Assembly: GCA_048886745.1 (NCBI GenBank)
Contig: JBHLKK010000004.1
Span: forward strand, 1 to 56,727
Direction: 5' to 3'
Length of the DNA: 56,727 nt
Origin: Candidatus Hodarchaeota archaeon
GTDB lineage: Archaea; Asgardarchaeota; Odinarchaeia; Odinarchaeales; JBHLKK01
The stretch's first letter is position 1, and every line of letters starts with the position of its first letter. Made by a program: the position numbers and the translations under genes. Shown in pieces: positions 1 through 9,572 of this stretch. The notes beneath the pieces are model-generated. The model made no database searches. It worked only from the letters and a program-made list of their open reading frames with translations, and had not been told where the DNA came from.

Positions 1-720
1 GACAGCAAATAGTTTTGCATTCTTATATTTGAGACTACCTTTCATGGCTCTAAAGAGAGATTTTAGCGGATTTCTGTTTGTTTCTCTTATCGGCAGGTAT
101 GGTCTTTTAACATAACTTTTTGCATACCATAATGCCTGCCGCCATAATCGTTTCCAGTCTCCAGATATGTGTATACTTACTGGAACCGGCATTTGAAGCA
201 TAGGAATACTGTTTTTTCTGTAAATGTGGAACAGATTTAGGTCTCCACCTGCGCCAAAACTGTCATCCCCCCAATGTTTGGTGTGTTCCAAGAACTCCTT
301 TTTACTAAGCAGAACAGCTTCCAGGCCACAGATTTGCTCGGCGCTTCTTTCCATCATATAAAACGATAAAGCGTCAAATGGAGGTTTAAACCAATGCCAA
401 GTTACCCCTTTCAAAACAGCATATCCAGAATCAAGATGTTTGAAAAGAGTCTTAAAAGCGTGTGTAACTATGACATCGCTATCAACTATCATGAAATATT
501 GGCCTTTGGTGAACCAAGCTCCTTGTCTTAGCTTCAGGCTGTATTTAGCTCTGCTCTTCACAATGAAACATTCGTGCTTCTGTGCAATATCAAGTGTATC
601 GTCTTCGCTATAATCATCAATAACAATGATTCTCCCGTACGGAATATGGTTTTTTATACCTCTGATACAAAGGTCTAGTGTTTGTCCACTGTTCTTGGTA
701 GGAATTACTACATCAATCAT
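1..720 (-). CDS. GT2 family glycosyltransferase (3' end runs off the window)
   Basis: Missing from the ORF track. My translation from ATG at 720 gives MIDVVIPTKNSGQTLDLCIRGI...IIVIDDYSEDDT...FMIVDSDV (GT-A DxD motif) and is open to position 1. Confidence 0.88.
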   Translation of the reverse strand, partial: MIDVVIPTKNSGQTLDLCIRGIKNHIPYGRIIVIDDYSEDDTLDIAQKHECFIVKSRAKYSLKLRQGAWFTKGQYFMIVDSDVIVTHAFKTLFKHLDSGYAVLKGVTWHWFKPPFDALSFYMMERSAEQICGLEAVLLSKKEFLEHTKHWGDDSFGAGGDLNLFHIYRKNSIPMLQMPVPVSIHISGDWKRLWRQALWYAKSYVKRPYLPIRETNRNPLKSLFRAMKGSLKYKNAKLFAV

Positions 721-949
721 TAATTCAGGCACCCTTTGGCAAACTGAACATCTTTCATTCGATTCATTAGTATGCATATTCTTTTCACTTATATATGCTG
801 ATAGTTTCGACCCCTTCCTTATATTATTAAATTAGCAACGAATCTATGGGATTATCTTCCATAAGCAAAATGGTCTGTTGTCGACAGGATTAAATATGTT
901 TAAGATTTCAACAGTTAGCGAAATCCTATTGGATAAACCCTACAGGGTG

Positions 950-1189
950 ATGTACGTGAGTGAAATCTCTGATAAGGAAAGAAAGTTTGTCTCTATAAAG
1001 ATTCCAGCTCAGTTATATGAAAGAATAAAGAAAAGACTTAACGAAACGGATTTCTCTTCTGTTTCAGATTATGTAGCATACGTGTTGAGAGAGGTTTTGG
1101 CCAGTTTAGAGGAAGATTATGAGGTGTTTACAGAAGAAGAAGAGAAAAAGGTTAAGGAACGTCTTCGCTCTCTAGGATATTTAGACTGA
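950..1189 (+). CDS. Ribbon-helix-helix (CopG/Arc/MetJ) regulator with C-terminal EEEEKKVKERLRSLGYLD tail
   Basis: FVSIKIPAQLYERIK...SSVSDYVAYVLRE is an RHH pattern. The likely start is ATG 950 or GTG 956 near a GGGTGA SD-like site, rather than TTG 878. Confidence 0.8.
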   Translation: MYVSEISDKERKFVSIKIPAQLYERIKKRLNETDFSSVSDYVAYVLREVLASLEEDYEVFTEEEEKKVKERLRSLGYLD

Positions 1190-1201
1190 GGCGAATTTCA
1201 A

Positions 1202-2359
1202 ATGAGCAAATTGCCGAAACCACATGGTGGTAAACTGATTAATAGGATCCTGAGCAAGACAGCAAGAAAGAAAATAATAAATGAACTTTCCGAATTTGAG
1301 AAAGTAGAAATCTCAAAAGATCTTGCAGTAGATATTGAAAACATTTCAAATGGTGTTTTCAGTCCTCTTGAGGGGCCCCTTAGTAGCGTTGATTTTGACT
1401 CTGTATTACATGAAATGAGACTAGCCAGTGACATTCCTTGGACTATTCCAATAGTATTGGATATATCTTCCAGAATGATTCGAGAAAGGGCTCTAAAACA
1501 AGGTGAAATAGTTATTTTGACTCATCGAAATATGCCGATTTCTCTATTGTATATAGAAGATATTTACGCCTATGACAAGAAGAAGTTCGTGAAGAGAGTA
1601 TTCAAAACCGATGACAGCGATCATCCGGGTGTTGCAAAGATACTGCAATCCGAAGATAGGCTTGTCGGGGGAAAAATAGAGCTAATCAATAATATTGAAA
1701 ATCCTTTTGTACAATACACCCTGAGGCCAATAGAAACCAGAGTTCTCTTTAAGGAAAAGGGTTGGAGAACTGTGGTCGGATTTCAAACAAGGAATGCACC
1801 ACATATGGGACATGAATATGTTCAGAAAACAGCACTGACATTTGTTGATGGGTTATTTATAAATCCTGTAATTGGCAAGAAGAAAGCTGGCGATTTTAAG
1901 GATGAAGTAATTCTAAAAACCTATAGAGAGCTGATTGATTATTACTATTTGAAAGACAAAGCAGTAATGGCAATTCTAAGAACAGAAATGCGTTATGCCG
2001 GACCAAAGGAGGCAATATTCCACGCGATTGTTCGAAAGAATTTTGGCTGCACACATTTTATCGTCGGGCGAGATCACGCTGGAGTCGGAAAATATTATGG
2101 ACCATATGATTCACAGGAAGTCTTTATGGAATTTTCAGACCTAGGGATATCGCCTATCTTTTTCAAGGAATTTCACTTTTGCAGGAAATGTCTTGGTTAT
2201 GTTAGTGCTCAAATATGTCCTCACAGCGGTAATGACGTGATTCGTCCAAGTGGGACCAAAATTCGACGAATGCTAATGCGTCGAGAAATACCTCCCAAAG
2301 AAATGATTAGGTCCGAGGTCGCGGAGATAATTCTCAAAACGAGTAAACCTTTTATTTAA
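1202..2359 (+). CDS. sat: Sulfate adenylyltransferase (ATP sulfurylase)
   Basis: PHGGKL N-terminus, GFQTRNAPHMGHEY, MRYAGPKEAIFHAIVRKNFGCTHFIVGRDHAG, SGTKIR. Confidence 0.97.
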   Translation: MSKLPKPHGGKLINRILSKTARKKIINELSEFEKVEISKDLAVDIENISNGVFSPLEGPLSSVDFDSVLHEMRLASDIPWTIPIVLDISSRMIRERALKQGEIVILTHRNMPISLLYIEDIYAYDKKKFVKRVFKTDDSDHPGVAKILQSEDRLVGGKIELINNIENPFVQYTLRPIETRVLFKEKGWRTVVGFQTRNAPHMGHEYVQKTALTFVDGLFINPVIGKKKAGDFKDEVILKTYRELIDYYYLKDKAVMAILRTEMRYAGPKEAIFHAIVRKNFGCTHFIVGRDHAGVGKYYGPYDSQEVFMEFSDLGISPIFFKEFHFCRKCLGYVSAQICPHSGNDVIRPSGTKIRRMLMRREIPPKEMIRSEVAEIILKTSKPFI

Positions 2360-2365
2360 TAATCC

Positions 2366-3760
2366 ATGGTGTTCGAATTGGCAGTAGATAAGGTTTTTGT
2401 AATAGGCCTGGATTCTGCATCGCCTGAGCTATTGTTTGATAAATTCATAGATGGAATGCCCAATGTAAGAAGACTTCTAGATAAGTCAATTTACGGACCG
2501 ATGGAGAGTTGCATACCTGCAATTACAATACCCGCTTGGATGGTTATGGCTACTGGGAAGACTCCTGGCGAATTAGGACTATACGGATTCCGTCACAGAA
2601 AGATGGGTACTTATAACAAAGTTTGGATCGCACAAAGAAAGCTGATCAAAGAAAAAGCAATTTGGGACTATCTAGGTGAAAAACGTTTGAAATCGGTTTT
2701 GGTGGGAATACCACCCTCATACCCCCCAAGACCTATCAATGGTTGTCTTATCTCATGCTTCATAACACCTGATGCATCTGTTAATTACACTTATCCTGTG
2801 GATTTGAAACAAGAAATCAAATCGCTAGTTGGCGATTACATATTTGACGTAACTTATCGTAAAGAAGAACGTGGAGAAGTATTGGACGATATTTTGGAGA
2901 TGACTAAGCAACATTTCGAAGTTGTTCGATATCTGGCTGAAGAAAAGGAGTGGAGCTACTTCGAATTTGTAGAGATTGGCCTTGATCGACTACATCATGC
3001 GTTTTGGAGATATTTTGATGAAATGCATCATCTGCACGTAGCTGATGCCAAATATAAGAACGTTATTCGGGACTACTACTGGTTGCTCGATAGGGAAATA
3101 GGTTCTATTATTAAATCTCTAGATGGTGATACTGCTGTAATTATAGTTTCGGATCATGGGATAAAACGAATGAAAGGCGCTTTTGCTATTAATCAGTGGC
3201 TTATTGAGAGAGGTCTGCTGAAAATAAGAAATCCCAAGATTCTCAGAACCAAAAAGCAAGTCAGATTCGAAGATCTTGACGTTGATTGGGGCTCGACTGT
3301 GGCTTGGGCGTGGGGAGGTTATTACTCACGAGTCTTTCTCAATATTGAGGGCCGAGAGCCAAAGGGCATAATAACTCAAAATGAATATGAAGAAGTAAAG
3401 AATGAAATCGCAGACCAGATAAAGCAAATAACAGGACCCAATGGTGAGAGATGGGATACCGCAGTTTATTATCCGGACAGCATATATCCTAGGGCTATTG
3501 GTGACAAACCAGATATGATGGTTTATTTGGACAATCTATCGTGGCGTGCTGCAGGAACTCTGGGATACGACTCAGACTACCTGTCTGAAAATGATTTAGG
3601 TCCAGATGACGCGGTTCATTCAAGATACGGCGTCTTTGCTATACATACACCTGAGATGGATTCCTCAAAGCCTACATCGATTTCGATATACGACTACGCA
3701 CCAACCGTCTTGAGTTTGTTTAATATTAAAGAGGAATTTCGGGGGAAGAGCATTATATGA
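2366..3760 (+). CDS. Alkaline-phosphatase-superfamily protein (nucleotide pyrophosphatase/COG3379-like, Thr nucleophile)
   Basis: VIGLDSA, ESCIPAITIPAW, DRLHHAFW, IVSDHG, DDAVHSRYG. Confidence 0.9.
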   Translation: MVFELAVDKVFVIGLDSASPELLFDKFIDGMPNVRRLLDKSIYGPMESCIPAITIPAWMVMATGKTPGELGLYGFRHRKMGTYNKVWIAQRKLIKEKAIWDYLGEKRLKSVLVGIPPSYPPRPINGCLISCFITPDASVNYTYPVDLKQEIKSLVGDYIFDVTYRKEERGEVLDDILEMTKQHFEVVRYLAEEKEWSYFEFVEIGLDRLHHAFWRYFDEMHHLHVADAKYKNVIRDYYWLLDREIGSIIKSLDGDTAVIIVSDHGIKRMKGAFAINQWLIERGLLKIRNPKILRTKKQVRFEDLDVDWGSTVAWAWGGYYSRVFLNIEGREPKGIITQNEYEEVKNEIADQIKQITGPNGERWDTAVYYPDSIYPRAIGDKPDMMVYLDNLSWRAAGTLGYDSDYLSENDLGPDDAVHSRYGVFAIHTPEMDSSKPTSISIYDYAPTVLSLFNIKEEFRGKSII

Positions 3761-4275
3761 GCTTTGTAATCTGGTTAACAGGACCTAGTGGTGCTGGTAA
3801 AACAGTGTTAGCCGATACTCTGGAAAGGAGACTCAAAGGAGTGGGCTACCGGGCAGAAGTTTTGGATGGAGATATGGTGCGTCATAAGTTGTATCCCGAC
3901 ATAGGTTTCAGCAAGGAAGCTAGAAGAATGCATAACAGAGTGGTCATTCACATGGCAAAACTACTCTCCAGAAATGGAGTTATTGTTATTATATCCTTAA
4001 TATCTCCATATCGTGAAATCCGAGACTATGCTCGTCAGGAGCTTTCCAGATTTATCGAAGTATATCTCAAATGTCCTCTTGATGTAAGAATACAAAGAGA
4101 TCCCAAGGGACTTTATGCGAAGGCTATAAGTGGTGAAATCAAGGGTCTCACAGGTTATGATGGTGCTTACGAAGAACCGGAGAATCCAGAAGTGATTTTG
4201 GATACTCATAAGATGAGTGTTGATCAAGAAGCAGATCTTGTAATAGGCAAAGCAACAGAATTCGGCTATCTCTGA
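3757..4275 (+). CDS. cysC: Adenylylsulfate (APS) kinase
   Basis: IWLTGPSGAGKT P-loop, LDGD, SLISPYR, RDPKGLY, YEEPENPE. Overlaps the upstream stop (ATGA), consistent with translational coupling. Confidence 0.96.
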   Translation: MSFVIWLTGPSGAGKTVLADTLERRLKGVGYRAEVLDGDMVRHKLYPDIGFSKEARRMHNRVVIHMAKLLSRNGVIVIISLISPYREIRDYARQELSRFIEVYLKCPLDVRIQRDPKGLYAKAISGEIKGLTGYDGAYEEPENPEVILDTHKMSVDQEADLVIGKATEFGYL

Positions 4276-4295
4276 GATGTGAGAAGCCTATTCTT

Positions 4296-5411
4296 TCAAC
4301 CAAAAACAGCTTCCTTTAGAATCTCAAAATATTTTCTTGAAAGATTCTTCCAATCGTATTCAGTGGCTAGCTTTAAAGCAGCTTTTCCAAGTCGTCCTGC
4401 AAGCTTCTCATCAGACAACACCTTAGTAATCGCACCTGGTATCTCCTTTGGGGTACTTACTAAGAATGCATTCTCGTTATGTCTAAATCCCTCCAGCTCA
4501 AGATACCCCCTAAAACCAATCACCGGTCGGCCGCAAGCGCACCATTCCCAGATTTTCAATGCACCGCCATTAAATGGCAGAATACAAACGTCCGCTAATC
4601 TTACATAGCGAGGAATCTCCTCATGAGGTAGCGCCCCTGTAATAATGACTTGCTTATCAACATTGAGTCTCTTTGCCAGTTTTCTAATGCGATGAACATC
4701 ATCACCATCACCGACAAGTAGCAAGTAAAGGTCTGAAATCTTTTTGGAGGCTGTCTTTAAAGCATAAACAAGCCTAGATAGACTATACATCTTGGCGATT
4801 TTTCCATGATAAAAAGCAATTTTTCCCCTTATACCGAGTTTTTCTTTTAACTCATCGATCTCCTTTCTATGCGCAGAAGAAGGAGGCGTGAAAAGCGTGT
4901 TATCTACACCATCAGAGATTGCCGTAACTTTCTCTTTGCCAAAACCTTGCCTAAGTAGTTGATGTCTAAGTCCGACAAAGTTTGTAATAACTCTGTCAGC
5001 TTTTCTCAAAATTGTATTCTCAAGAAAACGAACTGTAATATACTTCAGTTTTTGATTTCTCCTGAAGTATTCAAAAGCAGGACTGCCGATTAGCGCATCT
5101 CCCCAATCTGCCACCCAAGGAATTTCTCCGATTTTACCAACCAAATATCCAATAGGTGCCATATACGGGAAGTATGTCAAGATTAAGTCCACATCTTTCC
5201 GCTGTCTTACAGACTTAACTATGTTTTTGAGGATGGCCAAACCATAACCGGCGTAGTATCCAAGTTGACGGGACGGAATAATCTTCTTATTTTCGATTTC
5301 TGCTCCCATTTTCTCAAAGTAACTGTTAAAAATCGTCCAACGAGCAGTTGGTTGATGAATCTTACCGTGTCTTAACACCCATGTTTCAGTACTGTAGCAA
5401 ACTATTCTCAT
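4296..5411 (-). CDS. GT4 family glycosyltransferase
   Basis: GT-B pattern: ISDGVD, FYHGKI, LLLVGDG, ITGALPHEEIPRYVRLADVCILP, ACGRPVI. Confidence 0.9.
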   Translation of the reverse strand: MRIVCYSTETWVLRHGKIHQPTARWTIFNSYFEKMGAEIENKKIIPSRQLGYYAGYGLAILKNIVKSVRQRKDVDLILTYFPYMAPIGYLVGKIGEIPWVADWGDALIGSPAFEYFRRNQKLKYITVRFLENTILRKADRVITNFVGLRHQLLRQGFGKEKVTAISDGVDNTLFTPPSSAHRKEIDELKEKLGIRGKIAFYHGKIAKMYSLSRLVYALKTASKKISDLYLLLVGDGDDVHRIRKLAKRLNVDKQVIITGALPHEEIPRYVRLADVCILPFNGGALKIWEWCACGRPVIGFRGYLELEGFRHNENAFLVSTPKEIPGAITKVLSDEKLAGRLGKAALKLATEYDWKNLSRKYFEILKEAVFG

Positions 5412-6084
5412 TGTTGATTACCTAATTGCTAGGTATTCCTATAATCCTTTCCTTCGGTTTTCAATCGACCTTCCAAAGTAATGGTCTAAATTCTTATTAT
5501 AATATTGATTTGTAATTCATTTAGATTACCATAACAGCCTTAAGACGTTGATTCTTACTCCAATGATGACTAATTTAAAGACAGTAATTTGATTTCTTTT
5601 GTATCTTACCAATATTCTTTGCTTTATTTTTGTCAATGTCCTTAGTTTTATTTACTATGAAGTTGTTGGTGAGAATTCAGCGAAAGTCACAAAATTAGCT
5701 GTATTCATAAGAAAGTGTAAAATACAGAACTGAGCAATATCTTAAACTTGAACTTTGATCACCGTAATATTACCAGCTAATACAAGCTCGTGCCATCTCT
5801 AAGGATCCTAGAAAAACATAAAATTCCTATATCGGAAGCCATTGACTACACCACTCGAAAACTTTAAGATTAACATCAACGCATTGGGCCTACGGATAAC
5901 GAGGATATCTGCTAGGCTTTCCTAGCTTTGGAGGCTGTAAACTAATTCAATAAAAAACAAAAATCATCATCAATTCAAATCACCCTAGCTTCTCTCCCTT
6001 CGGTCACTTCACCCAAATCATTCCCTTTGGTCAGGACTTCGTTTAATCCGGAATCGTCATACTAAATGTTTGGCTAAGATATAA

Positions 6085-6747
6085 TTGAAAGGAGAAAATA
6101 AGATGAATAAAACGACAAAGCAAATGGAAAAATGGATTGGAGAATTCGGTAAGGAATATACTGACCGAAATCTTCTTACACTTGAGGAGTTGGAAGCACT
6201 CTACCAAAAGAACTTTGGACTTACTCGAACAGAGATGAATCTTGAATTCATTGGGGATTTAGAGCGTTCCATCCGCATTCTCGAAGTAGGCTCAAACATC
6301 GGCAATCAGTTATTTTGCCTGCAAAATATGGGTTTTCAGTCACTATATGGCATTGAACTTCAAAAATACGCTATTGAACTATCCAGTAAATCAAGAACTA
6401 ATCATATAACTATCATCCAAGCTTCTGCGCTCAACATTCCGTACAAAGACGACTCCTTTGACTTAGTATTCACTTCTGGACTCCTTATTCACATTGCACC
6501 ATCAGATGTTGAACAGGTCCTAAGGGAGATATATCGATGCACAAAAAAATATATTTGGGGATTCGAATATTTCGCTGACAGCTATACAGAAGTAGAGTAC
6601 CGCGGGAATATTGAATTGTTATGGAAAGCCAACTTTGCCAATATATACCTTAATAGTTTTAGCGATTTACGATTGGTTAAAGAAAAAAGGTTCAAATATT
6701 TGGACAATAACAATGTGGATTCAATGTTTCTACTCAAAAAAGAATGA
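6085..6747 (+). CDS. Class I SAM methyltransferase, pseudaminic-acid-biosynthesis-associated type
   Basis: WIGEFGKEYTDRN, ILEVGSNIG, FDLVFTSGLLIHI, VEYRG...LWKANFA. These match the Pse-associated methylase family as I recall it. Confidence 0.82.
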   Translation: MKGENKMNKTTKQMEKWIGEFGKEYTDRNLLTLEELEALYQKNFGLTRTEMNLEFIGDLERSIRILEVGSNIGNQLFCLQNMGFQSLYGIELQKYAIELSSKSRTNHITIIQASALNIPYKDDSFDLVFTSGLLIHIAPSDVEQVLREIYRCTKKYIWGFEYFADSYTEVEYRGNIELLWKANFANIYLNSFSDLRLVKEKRFKYLDNNNVDSMFLLKKE

Positions 6748-6806
6748 TCCCATACTCCGTAAAGAATAACAAATAAGTATATAGTCACTTTTGAAGATGA
6801 AAAAGG

Positions 6807-7493
6807 ATGTCGTCAAGCCAAGAGGAGACCAAAATTGGTGTAATAGTTAGAACACGTAATTCTGTAAAACTTGTAAAAAATGCAGTAAATAGTGTGTTAA
6901 ATCAGACCCTTCCGAAGGAATTATGTGAGCTGGTAGTTGTAGATGACGGTTCTATTGACAACACTAGAGAAGTACTAAGGTCATATAAAGATAGAATAAA
7001 AGTAATCGAAGAGAAGAACTTGGGACATATAAGGGCTGCTAATCTGGGTATATTGCATTCAGGAAGCGAATATGTAACACTACTTGATGCTGACGATACC
7101 TTTGAGCCAACGATTCTTAAAGAGATGCTAGAAGTTTTAGAAAACGACAAAAACATAGGGTTTGTATATTGTGACTATTATGAGAGAAATCTAGAAACTG
7201 GCGAGATGAGGGTAGTATCTCTTAAAGACAATATCTTCGATAGTGTAGCGGGTGGAATAATATTTAGAAAATCGATTCTAATAGAATTTGGACTCTACGA
7301 TGAATCTCTTGTGTTCCCAGAATATGATTTGTTAATTAAGATTATGAAAAAATATAAAGGAATTCACATACCTAAACCTCTTTTTACGTACAATAGACAC
7401 CCTTGCAGTTTGACTGCAAACAAAATGCTGGTCAAAAAAGGGTTAAAGCAACTTTTTGACAAGTACGGTGAGATTAGGATCAGAAAATATTAG
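6807..7493 (+). CDS. GT2 family glycosyltransferase
   Basis: VVVDDGSIDNT, NLGHIRAANLGI, LLDADD. Confidence 0.9.
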   Translation: MSSSQEETKIGVIVRTRNSVKLVKNAVNSVLNQTLPKELCELVVVDDGSIDNTREVLRSYKDRIKVIEEKNLGHIRAANLGILHSGSEYVTLLDADDTFEPTILKEMLEVLENDKNIGFVYCDYYERNLETGEMRVVSLKDNIFDSVAGGIIFRKSILIEFGLYDESLVFPEYDLLIKIMKKYKGIHIPKPLFTYNRHPCSLTANKMLVKKGLKQLFDKYGEIRIRKY

Positions 7494-7498
7494 GGTAA

Positions 7499-8260
7499 TT
7501 GGTGTTTAATATGGGTGTGATACGAAAATCGGAGTGGGATAGTGAACATTTTGGAATAAAAGTAGGAAGATATATGCCCCACACGATTGATGATGTCCTT
7601 CCGGATATAGATTTCGCCAAAAATGATGATTATGATCTGCTTATAGCAAGAATTAGAACAGATCAGGTTGGTTTGATTAATGAAATAGAAGAAACTAAGT
7701 TCAAATTGAAGGATGCTATAGTTGAATACATATTGAATTTAGATAATGTAGAGTTTTTTGAACATAAGGGTAGTTTTAAGATACGAAAAGCAACCGAACA
7801 CGACGTCGAACATGTTAAAACAATAGCTTATGATTCCTTTAAGGATTACATAGGACATTTCCATAAGAATATGGCTCTTAATAGGAAAAAATGTGACGAA
7901 CTCTACGTAAAGTGGGCCGAAAATTCCATTAGAGACAAGAATGTGGCTGACGTAGTCTTTATCGCAGAAAACAAGGAATACAAACTAGGTTTTGGTACTG
8001 TAAAAACCATCTCAGATGAAGAAAGTAGAGGTGTACTTTTTGGAACCACTCCGGAAGCACGTGGGAGGGGTGTATATACTGAACTACTAAAAGAAGCCAT
8101 AAATTGGAGTAAACGCAAAATGTCGAAGTTATTCGTATACGGTACTCAGATAAATAACTATATAGCTCAAAATGTGTTAATAAAACTGGGATTCAAGATT
8201 CTTAGCTCATTTTATACTTTCCATCTTTGGATTAAAGATTTGGACAAGAACAAAAAATAA
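7499..8260 (+). CDS. GNAT N-acetyltransferase (WecD/PseH-like sugar amine acylase)
   Basis: SEWDSEHFG N-terminus, IRKATEHD, acetyl-CoA motif A PEARGRGVYTELL, TQINNYIAQ...LGF. Located in the nonulosonate locus. Confidence 0.82.
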   Translation: MVFNMGVIRKSEWDSEHFGIKVGRYMPHTIDDVLPDIDFAKNDDYDLLIARIRTDQVGLINEIEETKFKLKDAIVEYILNLDNVEFFEHKGSFKIRKATEHDVEHVKTIAYDSFKDYIGHFHKNMALNRKKCDELYVKWAENSIRDKNVADVVFIAENKEYKLGFGTVKTISDEESRGVLFGTTPEARGRGVYTELLKEAINWSKRKMSKLFVYGTQINNYIAQNVLIKLGFKILSSFYTFHLWIKDLDKNKK

Positions 8261-8283
8261 TCAGAAAGATGAACTTATGAAAA

Positions 8284-8509
8284 TTGAAAAATGAACTAAA
8301 TAATTTCTATGAAAGGAAAATAATCTCTGTAACTGGCAGAGTTAACTCTAAAGTCAGTGAGATTGCGAAATGACTTTTACAGTTTAAGACAAAAACATGG
8401 AAGTTTTAGATATTAGTGAATCAGGGTTATTTGCTTTGGATCGTCTGCAGAAGCACGTGGGAGAGGCATATATTCTGAATTACCAAAAGAAACTACTAAT
8501 TGATGTAAG
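8284..8509 (+). pseudogene. Chimeric remnant: degenerate 4,6-dehydratase N-terminus joined to a degenerate GNAT fragment
   Basis: Translates (with stops and a frameshift) as FYERKIISVTGRVNSKVSEIAK*LLQFKTK/NMEVLDISESGLFAL, versus FKGKRILITGGIGSIGLEII...VRVLDINETALFEL of ORF 12607-13632. Segment 8450-8509 matches 8054-8113 at 47/60 nt by manual alignment. Confidence 0.8.
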
Positions 8510-8540
8510 TACAATCGGCATTTGAACATCTTTCACCATC

Positions 8541-9572
8541 CTATATCATCTCCCAAGTGATCCATTCATCTTCTTCGATGTCTCTTTTAGCGTTTTTCCC
8601 AATCATAATGTTAATAAACTTTGGCTTAATTCCGTACCCTGGTCTCTTAATTATCAACATATCCCTCGTTATTCTTGTACCTTTCGGAATATCACATTTA
8701 GCATGGATGCTTCTTCTTGCCTTCTTATATATCTCCTTTCTCTCTATTTCGGATTTATCCTTTATTCCGTTACCCTTAGCATTCTCGACGTCCTTAATCC
8801 ATCTTATCATGTCTCTTAATTCATTTGGTTCAACTGCAAAAGAGTGATCTGGACCACGCAGCGTTCTATCCAATGTAAAATGCTTTTCAATAACACAAGC
8901 TCCCATTGCTACTGCTGCGATTGAGATATGAATCCCCAAAGTATGATCTGAAAACCCAATTGGTACTCTGAACGCATTCTTCATAGTTTCTATTGCCCTC
9001 AGATTAACGATATCAACTGGTGTAGGGTATAATGAACTGCAATGTAATAGTATTATATCATCGTTTCCAACAGATTTTACCGTGTTTTCAGCGTCCTCTA
9101 TTTCCCCAAGGTTGGCCATGCCTGTAGATATAATTACTGGTTTACCTTTCTCCGCTACATATCTTATGAGCTCTAAGTCAACGATTTCAAATGATGCAAT
9201 CTTGAACGCATGGACATATCTATCAAGAATGTCAACAGCTTCAAAATCAAATGCAGATGCTAAAAAGCCTACGTCTCTTTTCTTACAGTATTCAGCAAGC
9301 TCTTTTATCCATTCCCTTGGTGTTTCAATACTCTTAATTAATTCATACACGTTTTGACCCTTTAAATAACTAAACTCTGGTGTTTTTTTCGAGTAAAGGG
9401 TCTCAGCCTTAAATATCTGAAATTTGACTATATCCGCACCAGCTTCGACAGCAACGTCAATTAGTTTCTTTGCCTGTTCCAGGTTGTTATTGTGATTTGA
9501 GCCTGCTTCCGCTATTACTAAGCAAGGTTCTCCGTTCCCAACCAGTTGGTTTCCAATTCTAACCTTTTTCAT
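8541..9572 (-). CDS. neuB: Nonulosonic acid synthase (NeuB/PseI/LegI family) with C-terminal SAF domain
   Basis: VIAEAGSNH, GADIVKFQ, FKIASFE, IISTGMA, LLHCSSLYP, GFSDHT, IEKHFTLD, KRPGYGI. Confidence 0.95.
   Translation of the reverse strand: MKKVRIGNQLVGNGEPCLVIAEAGSNHNNNLEQAKKLIDVAVEAGADIVKFQIFKAETLYSKKTPEFSYLKGQNVYELIKSIETPREWIKELAEYCKKRDVGFLASAFDFEAVDILDRYVHAFKIASFEIVDLELIRYVAEKGKPVIISTGMANLGEIEDAENTVKSVGNDDIILLHCSSLYPTPVDIVNLRAIETMKNAFRVPIGFSDHTLGIHISIAAVAMGACVIEKHFTLDRTLRGPDHSFAVEPNELRDMIRWIKDVENAKGNGIKDKSEIERKEIYKKARRSIHAKCDIPKGTRITRDMLIIKRPGYGIKPKFINIMIGKNAKRDIEEDEWITWEMI

Noticed and set aside
774-798. Inverted repeat GCATAT-N13-ATATGC in the divergent promoter region, a possible RHH operator
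   Set aside because: Only 6 bp in AT-rich DNA, which is expected by chance.
5412-5960. Long AT-rich gap with hydrophobic, stop-interrupted minus-strand frames, a possible decayed membrane gene
   Set aside because: No family or paralog match could be recognised by eye.
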